Both the position numbers and the translations under genes were made by a program. The notes below the pieces were generated by a model. It worked only from the letters and a program-made list of their open reading frames with translations. It had not been told where the DNA came from and did no database searches. 64,000 nt of DNA, taken from Squalus acanthias. Lineage: Eukaryota. The stretch spans positions 32,800,001 through 32,864,000 of the forward strand of contig CM059433.1 in the NCBI GenBank assembly GCA_030390025.1, in the 5' to 3' direction. This document shows positions 47,921 through 60,160 of this stretch, one piece after another. Each line of letters opens with the position of its first letter. Position 1 is the first letter of the stretch.

Positions 47921-50054
47921 TCAATCACATGATCCATCATAGAATCAATCACAGGATCAGTCTTACAATCAATCATTGAATCAAACACAGGATCAATCAT
48001 AGAATCATTCACTGGTACAATCATAGAATCAGTCACAGGATCAATCATAGAATCAATCATAGGCTCAATCATAGAATCAATCATAGGATCAAGCATAGAA
48101 TCAATCACAGGATCAATCATAAAATCAATCACAGGATCAAACATAGAAAAAATCACTTGACCAATCATATATTCAATCACATGATGAAGCATAGAATCAA
48201 TCACAGAATCAATCATAGAATCAATCACAGGATCAGTCATAGAATCAATCATATGTTCAAACATAGAATCAATCAGATGATCAATCATAGGATCAATCAC
48301 AGGATCAATCATAGGATCAATAATAGAATAGATCACATGATCAATCACAGGATCAAACACAGAATCAACCACATGATCAATCATAGAATCAATCACATGT
48401 TCAATCATAGAATGAATCATGGATCAATCATAGAATCAATGACAGTATCAATCATTTAATCAATCACAGGATCAATCATGAATCAATCACAGGATCAATC
48501 TTAGAATCGATCACATGATCAATCACAGCTTAATCTTAGAATCAATCACTAGATCAATCATAGAATCAACTATAGAATCAATCACAGGATCTATCATAGA
48601 ATCATGCATAGAATCAGTAATAGAATCTATGTCGGGATCAGGCATAGAATCCATCACAGGATCAATCTTAGAATCAATCACATAATCAACCATAGAATCA
48701 ATCACATGATCCAGCATCGAATCAATCACAGATTCAATCACAGAATCAATCATAGAATGAATCACATGATCAAACATTGAATCGATCACATGGTCAATCA
48801 CAGGATCAATCTTAGAATCTATCACAAGATCAATCATAGAATCGATCACAGGATCAATCACAGGATCAACCATAGAATCGATCACAGGGTCAATCACAGG
48901 AACAATCTTAGAATCAATCACAGGATCAATCATAGAATCAATCATAGAATCAATCATAGAATCACTCATAGGATCAATCATAGAATGAATCACAGAATCA
49001 ATCATGGAATCAATCATCGGATCAATCATCGGCTCAATCATAGAATCAATCATGAGTTCAATCACAGGATCAATAATAGAAGCAATCAAATAATTAATCA
49101 AAGAATCAATCCAAGAATCAATCATAGGGTCAATCCTAGAATCAATCACAGGATCAATCATAGAATCAATCATAGAATCAATCATAGAATCAATCATTGA
49201 GTCAAACATAGAAATCAATCACAGGATCAATGATAGGATCAATCCTAGAATCAATCATAGGATCAACCCTAGAATCAATCACAGGATCAATCATAGAGTC
49301 AATCAAAGGATCAATCATAGAATAAATCATAGAACCAATCATTGAATCAATCATAGAATCAGTCAGAGCATGAATGACAGGAACAATAATAGAATCAATC
49401 ACTTGATCAATCATAGAAACAATCATAGAATCAATCATATGATCAAGAATTGGATCAATCGTAGAATCAATGATAGGATCAATAATGGAATCAATCACAG
49501 GATCAATCATAGAATCAATCAAAGAATCAATGATAGGATCAATAATAGTATCAACCACAGGATCAATAATAGAATGAATCATAGATTTAATCATAGGATC
49601 AATCATAGAATCAATCATAGTATCAAAAATAAGATCAATAATAGAATCAATCACAGGATCAATCATAGAATCAATCATAGAATCCATCATTGTGTCAAAC
49701 ATAGAATCAATCACAGGATCAATTATAGAATCAATCATAGAATCAATCATAGGATCAATCATGGAATCAATCATAGAATCAATCACAGGATCAATCATAG
49801 AATTAATCACATGACCAATCATATAATCAACCACATGATCAATCACAGGATCAATCATAGAATCAATCATAGAATCAAACACAGGATCAATCATAGAATT
49901 AATCACATGATCAATCATAGAATCAACCACATGATCAATCACGGGATCAATCACAGAATCAATCCCAGTATCAATCATATAATTAATCACATGATCATTC
50001 ACAGGCTGTATCATAGGATCAATCACATGATCAATCAGACAATCAATCATAGAA

Positions 50055-51390
50055 TCAATCACATGATCAATCATAGAATCAATCCCAGGATCAATCATAG
50101 AATCAATCACATGATCTATCATAGAAACAATCATAAGATCATTCACAGGATCAATTATACAATAAATCAAATGTTCAGTCACAGGATCAATCATAGAATC
50201 AATCACATGATCAATCAGAGGAACAATCATAAAATCAATCATAGAATCAATCAAAGGATTACTTATATAATCAATCCCAGGATAAATCATGGAATCAATC
50301 ACAGGATCAATCACAGGATCAATCATGGAATCAATCACAGGATCAATCATAGAATCAATCACAGAATCAAGCATAGAATCAATCACAGGATCAAGCATAG
50401 AAACAATCACAGGATCAAGCATAGAATCAATCATAGATTCAATAACAAGATCAATCATAGAATCAATCACATGATCAATCACAAGATCAATCATAGAATC
50501 AATCATAAGATCAATCATAGAATCACTCACATGACCAATCATATAATCAACCACATGATCTAGCACAGGATCATAATAGAATCAATCATAGAATCAATCA
50601 CAGGATCAATCATAGAATCAATCACATGATCAATCACAGGATCAATCATAGAATCACTCACATGATCTGTCATAGAATCAGTCACATGATCAATCACATG
50701 ATCAATCATAGAATCAATCCCAGGATCAATCATAGAATCAATCACATGATCTATCATAGAAACAATCATAAGATCATTCACAGGATCAATTATACAATAA
50801 ATCAAATGTTCAGTCACAGGATCAATCATAGAATCAATCACATGATCAATCAGAGGAACAATCATAAAATCAATCATAGAATCAATCAAAGGATTACTTA
50901 TATAATCAATCCCAGGATAAATCATGGAATCAATCACAGGATCAATCACAGGATCAATCATGGAATCAATCACAGGATCAATCATAGAATCAATCACAGA
51001 ATCAAGCATAGAATCAATCACAGGATCAAGCATAGAAACAATCACAGGATCAAGCATAGAATCAATCATAGATTCAATAACAAGATCAATCATAGAATCA
51101 ATCACATGATCAATCACAAGATCAATCATAGAATCAATCATAAGATCAATCATAGAATCACTCACATGACCAATCATATAATCAACCACATGATCTAGCA
51201 CAGGATCATAATAGAATCAATCATAGAATCAATCACAGGATCAATCATAGAATCAATCACATGATCAATCACAGGATCAATCATAGAATCACTCACATGA
51301 TCTGTCATAGAATCAGTCACATGATCAATCACATGATCAATCATAGAATCAATCCCAGGATCAATCATAGAATCAATCACATGATCTATC
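50055..51390 (+). repeat. 635-bp tandem duplication (~2.1 copies)
   Basis: GATCTAGCACAGGATCATAATAG at 50557 and 51192; ORF pair 50289/50924. Confidence 0.9.
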
Positions 51391-51409
51391 ATTGAACCAA
51401 TCAAAGGAT

Positions 51410-52430
51410 CAATCACAGAATCAATTATACAATAAATCAAATGTTCAGTCACAGGATCAATCATAGAATCAATCACATGATCAATCAGAGGAACAATCAT
51501 AAAATCAATCATAGAATCAATCAAATGATTACTTATATAATCAATCCCAGGATCAATCATGGAATCAATCACAGGATGAATCACAGGATCAATCATGGAA
51601 TCAATCACAGGATCAATCATAGAATCACTCACATGATCAAGCATAGAATCAATCACAGGATCAAGCATAGAATCAATCACAGGATCAAGCATAGAATCAA
51701 TCATAGATTCAATAACATGATCAATCATAGAATCAATCACATGATCAATCACAAGATCAATCATAGAATCAATCACATGATCTGTCATAGAATCAGTCAC
51801 ATGATCAATCACATGATCAACCATAGGTTCAAACATAGAAGGATTCACATGATCAATCACAGGGTCTATCGTAGAAACAATCACATGATCAGTTACACAA
51901 TCAAACATAGATTCAATCACATGATCAATCAGAGGATCAATCAGAGAATCAATCACATTATCAATCACAGGATATATAATAGAATCATTCACATAATCAG
52001 TCACAGGCTCTATCACAGAAACAATCACATGATCAATCACAAGATCAATCATAGAATCATCACAGGTCATTCATAGAATCAATCACATGCTCAATCTTAG
52101 AATCAATCGCAGCATCAGTCATACCATCAAGCACAGGATCAATCACAGGATCAATCATAGAAGCAATCACAGGACAAGCATAGAATCAATCACATGAACA
52201 ATCACAGGATCAATCAAAGAATCAATCATAGAATCAAACACAGGATCAATCATAGAATCAATAACATGATCAATCATAGAATCAATAACATGATCAATCA
52301 CAGAATCAAACATAGAATCAATCACATTATCAATCACAGGATCAATCATAGAATCAGTCACATGATCAATCACAGGATCTAGCAGAGAATCAATAAAATA
52401 ATCAATGATAAGATCAGTCATAGAATTAAT
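51410..52430 (+). repeat. ~1-kb block duplicated at ~53600-54610 (offset 2191)
   Basis: ORF pairs 51441/53632 and 52167/54358; landmark GCAGCATCAGTCATACCATCAAGC in both. Confidence 0.88.
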
Positions 52431-55400
52431 CACATGATCAATCATAGAATCAATCCCAGGATCAATCATAGAATCAATCACATGATCAATCAGAGGAACA
52501 ATAATAAAATCAATCATAGAATCAATCAAAGGATTACTTATATAATCAATCCCAGGATAATTCATGGAATCAATCACAGGATCAATCACAGGATCAATCA
52601 TGGAATCAATCACAGGATCAATCATAGAATCAATCACAGGATCAAGCATAGAATCAATCACAGGATCAAGCATAGAATCAATCACAGGATCAAGCATAGA
52701 ATCAATCATAGATTCAAGAACAAGATCAATCATAGAATCAATCACATGATCAATCACAAGATCAATCATAGAATCAATCACAAGATCAATCATAGAATCA
52801 CTCACATGACCAATCATATAATCAACCACATGATCTAGCACAGGGTCATAATAGACTCAATCATAGAATCACTCACATGATCTGTCAGAGAATCAGTCAC
52901 ATGATCAATCACATGATCAACCATAGAATCAATCACAGGATCAAGCATAGAATCAATCACAGGATCAAACATAGAATCAATCACAGGATCAAGCATAGAA
53001 TCAACCATAGGATCAATCATAGAATCAATCATAGAATCAATAACATGATCAATCATAGAATCAATCACATGATCAATCACAAGATCAATCATAGAATCAG
53101 TCACATAATCAATCACAGAATCTATCATAGAATCAATAAAATAATCAATCATAAGATCAGTCATAGAATCAATCACATGATCAATCATAGAAGCAATCAC
53201 ATGACCAATCATATAATCAACCACATGATCAATCACAGGATCAGTCATAGAATCAATCATAGAATCAAACACAGGATCAATCATAGAATCAATCACAGGA
53301 TCAATCATAGAATCAATCACATGATCAATCATAGACTCAATCATAGAATCAATCCCAGTATCAATCATAGTATCAATCACATGATCAATCGCCAGATCAA
53401 TCATAGAATTAATCACATGATCATTCACAGGATGTATCATAGGATCAATCACATGATCAATCAGACAATCAATCATAGGATCAATCACATGATCAATCAC
53501 ACAATCAATCGTAGAATCAATCCCATGATCAATCATAGAATCAATCCCAGGATTAATCATAGAATCAATCACATGATCTATCATTGAACCAATCATAGAT
53601 CAATCACATAATCAATTATACAATAAATCAAATGTTCAGTCACAGGATCAATCATAGAATCAATCACATTATCAATCAGAGGAACAATCATAATATCAAT
53701 CATAGAATCAGTCAAAGGATTACTTATATAATCAATCCCAGGATCAATCATGGAATCAATCACAGGATGAATCACAGGATCAATCATGGAATCAATCACA
53801 GGATCAATCATAGAATCACTCACATGATCAAGCATAGAATCAATCACAGGATCAAGCATAGAATCAATCACAGGATCAAGCATAGAATCAATCATAGATT
53901 CAATAACATGATCAATCATAGAATCAGTCACATGATCAATCACAAGATCAATCATAGAATCAATCACATGATCTGTCATAGAATCAGTCACATGATCAAT
54001 CACATGATCAACCATAGGTTCAAACATAGAAGGAATCACATGATCAATCACAGGGTCTATCATAGACACAATCACATGATCAGTTACACAATCAAACATA
54101 GAATCAATCACATGATCAATCACAGGATCAATCAGAGAATCAATCACATTATCAATCACAGGATATATAATAGAATCATTCACATAATCAGTCACAGGCT
54201 CTATCACAGAAACAATCACATGATCAATCACAAGATCAATCATAGAATCATCACAGGTCATTCATAGAATCAATCACATGCTCAATCTTAGAATCAATCG
54301 CAGCATCAGTCATACCATCAAGCACAGGATCAATCACAGGATCAATCATAGAAGCAATCACAGGACAAGCATAGAATCAATCACATGATCAATCACAGGA
54401 TCAATCAAAGAATCAATCATAGAATCATACACAGGATCAATCATAGAATCAATAACATGATCAATCATAGAATCAATCACATGATCAATCACAGAATCAA
54501 ACATAGAATCAATCACAGGATCAATCATAGAATCAGTCACATGATCAATCACAGGATCTATCAGAGAATCAATAAAATAATCAATCATAAGATCAGTCAT
54601 AGAATTAATCACAAGATCAATCATAGAATCAATCACATGACCAATCATAGAATCAACCACATGAACAAGCACAGGATCAATCATTGTATCAATCATAGAA
54701 TCAAACACAGGATCAATCATAGAATCAGTCACATGATCAATCATAGAATCAATCACATGATCAATCACAGGATCAATCATAGCATCAATCACAAGATCTG
54801 TCGTAGAATCAAACACAGGATCAATCACATGATCAATCACAGGATCAATCATAGAATCAATCACATGATCTGTCGTAGAATCAAACACAGGTTCAATCAC
54901 ATGATCAATCATAGGCTCAAGCATAGAAGGAATCACATGATCAATCACAGAGTCTAACATTGAATCAATCACATGATCAGTTACACAATGAAACATAGAA
55001 TCAATCATATGATTAATCACAGGATCAATCATAGAATCTAACACAGGATCAATCATAGAATCAATCACATGATCAATCATAGAATCAATCACATGATCAA
55101 TCACAGGATCAATCACAAGATCAATCATGGGACCATCACAGGATCAATCATATGATCAATCTCATGATCAATCACAGGATCAATCATAGAATCAATCATA
55201 GAATCAAACACAGGATCAATCATAGAATCAATAACATGATCAATCATAGAATCAATCACATGATCAATCACAGGATCAATCATAGAATCAATCACATTAT
55301 CAATCACAGGATCAATCATAGAATCAGTCACATGATTAATCACAGGATCTATCAGAGAATCAATAAAATAATCAATCATAAGTTCAGTCATAGAATCAAT

Positions 55401-56117
55401 CACAAGATCAATCATAGAATCAATCACATGACCAATCATATAATCAACCACATGATCAAGCACAGGATCAAGTATAGAATCAATCATAGAATCAAACACA
55501 GGATCAATCATAGAATCAATCACATGATCAATCATAGAATGAATCACATGATCAGTCACAGGATCAATCATAGAATCAATCACATGATCTGTCGTAGAAT
55601 CAAACACAGGTTCAATCACATGATCAATCATAGGCTCAAACATAGAAGGAATCACATGATCAATCACAGGTTTCTAACATAGAATCAATCACATGATCAG
55701 TTACACAATGAAACATAGAATCAATCATATGATCAATCACAGGATCAATCATAGAATCAAACACAGGATCAATCATAGAATCAATCACATGATCAATCAT
55801 AGAATTAATCACATGATCAATCACAGGATCAATCACAAGATCAATCATGGGACCATTACAGGATCAATCATATGATCAATCACATTATGAATCACAGGAT
55901 CACACCTAGAATCATTCACAGGATCAATCACAGGATCTATCATAGAATCAATAACATGATCAATCATCGAGTCATTCACATGATCAGTCACAGGATCAAT
56001 CATAGAATCAATCACATTATCAATCACAGGATCAATCATAGAATCAGTCACAGGATCAATCACAGGATCTATCATAGAATCAATAAAATTATCAATCTTA
56101 AGATCAGTCATAGAATC

Positions 56118-56128
56118 AAGCATAGTGG
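56118..56128 (+). promoter_or_regulatory. Pol III A box of the SINE (first base replaced by flanking satellite)
   Basis: AAGCATAGTGG versus consensus TRGCNNAGTGG, one mismatch at position 1. Confidence 0.7.
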
Positions 56129-56161
56129 TTAGCACTGTTGTCGCACAGCACCAGGGACCCG

Positions 56162-56172
56162 GTTTCGAATCC
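56162..56172 (+). promoter_or_regulatory. Pol III B box of the SINE (degenerate)
   Basis: GTTTCGAATCC versus consensus GGTTCRANNCC, one mismatch. Flanked by CCGG...CCGG as in a T-arm, at tRNA-like spacing from the A box. Confidence 0.7.
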
Positions 56173-56207
56173 GGCCACGGGTGACTGTCTGTGTAGAGAA
56201 TGCTCAT

Positions 56208-56280
56208 TCTCCCCGTGTCTGCGTGGGTTTCCTCCGGGTGCTCCGGTTTCCTCCCACAGTCCAAAGATGTGCGGGTTAGG
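56208..56280 (+). other. Conserved V-SINE central domain
   Basis: TCTCCCCGTGTCTGCGTGGGTTTCCTCCGGGTGCTCCGGTTTCCTCCCACAGTCCAAAGATGTGCGGGTTAGG matches the V-domain of fish, shark and amphibian V-SINEs as I recall it. Confidence 0.85.
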
Positions 56281-56408
56281 TTGATTTGGCTATGATAAAT
56301 TGACCCTTAGTGTTAGGGGGATTAAATACGTGGGGTTACGGGGATAGGGTGGGATATGTGTCGGTGCAGGCTCGATGGGCCGAAATAGCCTCTATCTGCA
56401 TTGTGGGG

Positions 56409-56435
56409 ATTCTGTGATTCTGTGATTCTTCTGTG
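56409..56435 (+). repeat. CR1/HER1-type 3' terminal octamer repeat (ATTCTGTG)x2 plus ATTCT-TCTGTG
   Basis: Read directly. (ATTCTRTG)n is the established 3' terminus of CR1-clade LINEs and their dependent SINEs. Confidence 0.85.
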
Positions 56436-57669
56436 ATCAATCATAGAATCAATCACATGAACAATCATATAATCTACCACATGATCAAGCACAGGATCAA
56501 TCACAGAAACAATCATAGAATCAATTACAGGACCAATCATAGAATCAATCACATGATCTGTCATAGAATCAATCGCAGGATCAATCACATGATCAATCAT
56601 AGGCTCAAACAGAAGGAATCACATGATCAATCACAGGGTCTATCATAGAATCAATCACATGAGCAGTTACAAAATCAAACTTAGATCAATCAGAGAAACA
56701 ATCACATTATCAATCACAGAATAAATAAGAGAATCATTCGCATAATCAATCACAGGATCTATCATAGAAACAATTAAATGATCAATCACAAGATCAATCA
56801 TGGTATCTTCAAAGGATCAATCATATAATCAATCACATGATCAATCACAGTATCAATTATAGAATCGATCACATGATCAATCACCTGAACAATCATAGAA
56901 TCAATCACATGATCAATCACAGGCTGTATCATATAATCAATCACATGATCAATCACATGATCAATCATAGAATCAATCCCAGGATCAATCATAGAATCAA
57001 TCACATGATCTATCATAGAAACAATCATAAGATCAATCACAGGATCAATTATACAATAAATCAAATGTTCAGTCACAGGATCAATCATAGAATCAATCAC
57101 ATGATCAATCAGAGGAACAATCATAAAATCAATCATAGAATCAATCAAAGGATTACTTATATAATCAATCCCAGGATAAATCATGGAATCAATCACAGGA
57201 TCAATCACAGGATCAATCATGGAATCAATCACAGGATCAATCATAGAATCAATCACAGGATCAAGCATAGAATCAATCATAGATTCAATAACAAGATCAA
57301 TCATAGAATCAATCACATGATCAATCACACGATCAATCATAGAATCACTCACATGACCAATCATATAATCAACCACATGATCTAGCACAGGATCATAATA
57401 GAATCAATCATAGAATCAATCACAGGATCAATCATAGAATCAATCACATGATCAATCATAGAATCAATCACATGATCAATCACAGGATCAATCATAGAAT
57501 CACTCACATGATCCGTCATAGAATCAGTCACATGATCAATCACATGATCAACCATAGAATCAAACACAGGATCAAGCATAGAATCAATCACAGGATCAAG
57601 CATAGAATCAATCACAGGATCAAGCATAGAATCAACCACAGGATCAATCATAGAATCAGTCACATAATC

Positions 57670-60160
57670 AATCACAGAATCTATCATAGAATCAATAAAA
57701 TAATCAATCATAAGATCAGTCATAGAATCAATCACATGATCAATCATAGAAGCAATCACATGACCAATCATATAATCAACCACATGATCAATCACAGGAT
57801 CAGTCATAGAATCAATCATAGAATCAATCACCGGATCAATCATAGAATCAATCCCAGTATCAATCATAGTATCAATCACATGATCAATCGCCAGATCAAT
57901 CATAGAATTAATCACATGATCATTCACAGGATGTATCATAGGATCAATCACATGATCAATCAGACAATCAATCACAGGATGAATCACAGGATCAATCATG
58001 GAATCAATCACAGGATCAATCATAGAAACAATTAAATGATCAATCACAAGATCAATCATGGTACCATCAAAGGATCAATCATATAATCAATCACATGATC
58101 AATCACAGGATCAATTATAGAATCGATCACATGATCAATCACCTGAACAATCATAGAATCAATCACATGATCAATCACAGGCTGTATCATAGAATCAATC
58201 ACATGATCAATCACAGGATCAATTATAGAATCGATCACATGATCAATCACCTGAACAATCATAGAATCAATCACATGATCAATCACAGGCTGTATCATAG
58301 AATCAATCACATGATCAATCACACAATCAATCGTAGAATCAATCACATGATCAATCAAATAATCAATCCCAGGTTCAATCATAGAATCAATCACATGATC
58401 TATTATAGAACTAATCATAGGATCAATCACAGAATCAATTATATAATAAATCATGTGTTCAGTCATTGGATCAATCATAGAATCAATCACATGATCAATC
58501 AGAGGAACAATCATAAAATCAATCATAGAATCAATCAAAGGATTACTTATATAATCAATCCCAGGATAAATCATGGAATCAATCACAGGATCAATCACAG
58601 GATCAATCATGGAATCAATCACAGGATCAATCATAGAATCAATCACAGAATCAAGCATAGAATCAATCACAGGATCAAGCATAGAAACAATCACAGGATC
58701 AAGCATAGAATCAATCATAGATTCAATAACAAGATCAATCATAGAATCAATCACATGATCAATCACAAGATCAATCATAGAATCAATCATAAGATCAATC
58801 ATAGAATCACTCACATGACCAATCATATAATCAACCACATGATCTAGCACAGGATCATAATAGAATCAATCATAGAATCAATCACAGGATCAATCATAGA
58901 ATCAATCACATGATCAATCACAGAATCTATCATAGAATCAATAAAATAATCAATCATAAGATCAGTCATAGAATCAATCACATGATCAATCATAGAAGCA
59001 ATCACATGACCAATCATATAATCAACCACATGATCAATCACAGGATCAGTCATAGAATCAATCATAGAATCAATCACCGGATCAATCATAGAATCAATCC
59101 CAGTATCAATCATAGTATCAATCACATGATCAATCGCCAGATCAATCATAGAATTAATCACATGATCATTCACAGGATGTATCATAGGATCAATCACATG
59201 ATCAATCAGACAATCAATCACAGGATGAATCACAGGATCAATCATGGAATCAATCACAGGATCAATCATAGAAACAATTAAATGATCAATCACAAGATCA
59301 ATCATGGTACCATCAAAGGATCAATCATATAATCAATCACATGATCAATCACAGGATCAATTATAGAATCGATCACATGATCAATCACCTGAACAATCAT
59401 AGAATCAATCACATGATCAATCACAGGCTGTATCATAGAATCAATCACATGATCAATCACAGGATCAATTATAGAATCGATCACATGATCAATCACCTGA
59501 ACAATCATAGAATCAATCACATGATCAATCACAGGCTGTATCATAGAATCAATCACATGATCAATCACACAATCAATCGTAGAATCAATCACATGATCAA
59601 TCAAATAATCAATCCCAGGTTCAATCATAGAATCAATCACATGATCTATTATAGAACTAATCATAGGATCAATCACAGAATCAATTATATAATAAATCAT
59701 GTGTTCAGTCATTGGATCAATCATAGAATCAATCACATGATCAATCAGAGGAACAATCATAAAATCAATCATAGAATCAATCAAAGGATTACTTATATAA
59801 TCAATCCCAGGATAAATCATGGAATCAATCACAGGATCAATCACAGGATCAATCATGGAATCAATCACAGGATCAATCATAGAATCAATCACAGAATCAA
59901 GCATAGAATCAATCACAGGATCAAGCATAGAAACAATCACAGGATCAAGCATAGAATCAATCATAGATTCAATAACAAGATCAATCATAGAATCAATCAC
60001 ATGATCAATCACAAGATCAATCATAGAATCAATCATAAGATCAATCATAGAATCACTCACATGACCAATCATATAATCAACCACATGATCTAGCACAGGA
60101 TCATAATAGAATCAATCATAGAATCAATCACAGGATCAATCATAGAATCAATCACATGAT
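57670..60160 (+). repeat. 1246-bp near-perfect tandem duplication containing a nested 108-bp duplication; further partial copy ~60535-61590
   Basis: GGTACC at 58060, 59306 and 61140. Identical ORFs 58056/59302 and 58095/59341. AATTATAGAATCGATC at 58113 and 58221. Confidence 0.92.

Larger units (their letters stand above)
1..56118. repeat. 12-bp tandem satellite array, left of the SINE (consensus CATAGAATCAAT; variants CACAGGATCAAT, CATAGGATCAAT, CACAGAATCAAT, CACATGATCAAT)
   Basis: Continuous 12-bp periodicity around an almost invariant ATCAATCA core, in one orientation, with scattered substitutions and occasional 1-4 bp phase shifts. Runs off the left edge of the window. Confidence 0.99.
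56119..56435 (+). mobile_element. tRNA-derived V-SINE, HE1-like (elasmobranch), slightly 5'-truncated
   Basis: Only GC-rich non-satellite island. It has a tRNA-like head (AGCATAGTGGTTAGCAC...GGGACCCGGTTTCGAATCCGG), a central V-domain (CTCCCCGTGTCTGCGTGGGTTTCCTCCGGGTGCTCCGGTTTCCTCCCACAGTCCAAAGATGTGC) and a LINE-like 3' end (GTCGGTGCAGGCTCGATGGGCCGAAATAGCCTC...CTGCA) followed by (ATTCTGTG)n. Family assignment is from recall of the HE1/V-SINE consensus. Confidence 0.92.

Noticed and set aside
56119..56180. Functional tRNA gene
   Set aside because: The 5' acceptor stem is missing, the B box is mutated, and the sequence continues into a V-domain and LINE-type tail. It is a SINE head.
56100..56450. 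TCATAGAATCAA on both sides of the SINE as a target-site duplication
   Set aside because: It is the satellite monomer itself, and empty paralogs already contain both copies.
55845..56600. ORFs 55845-56264 (MDCGRKPEHPEETHADTGR...) and 56322-56600 with non-repeat peptide
   Set aside because: The unique-looking residues are the antisense translation of the SINE fused to satellite frames.
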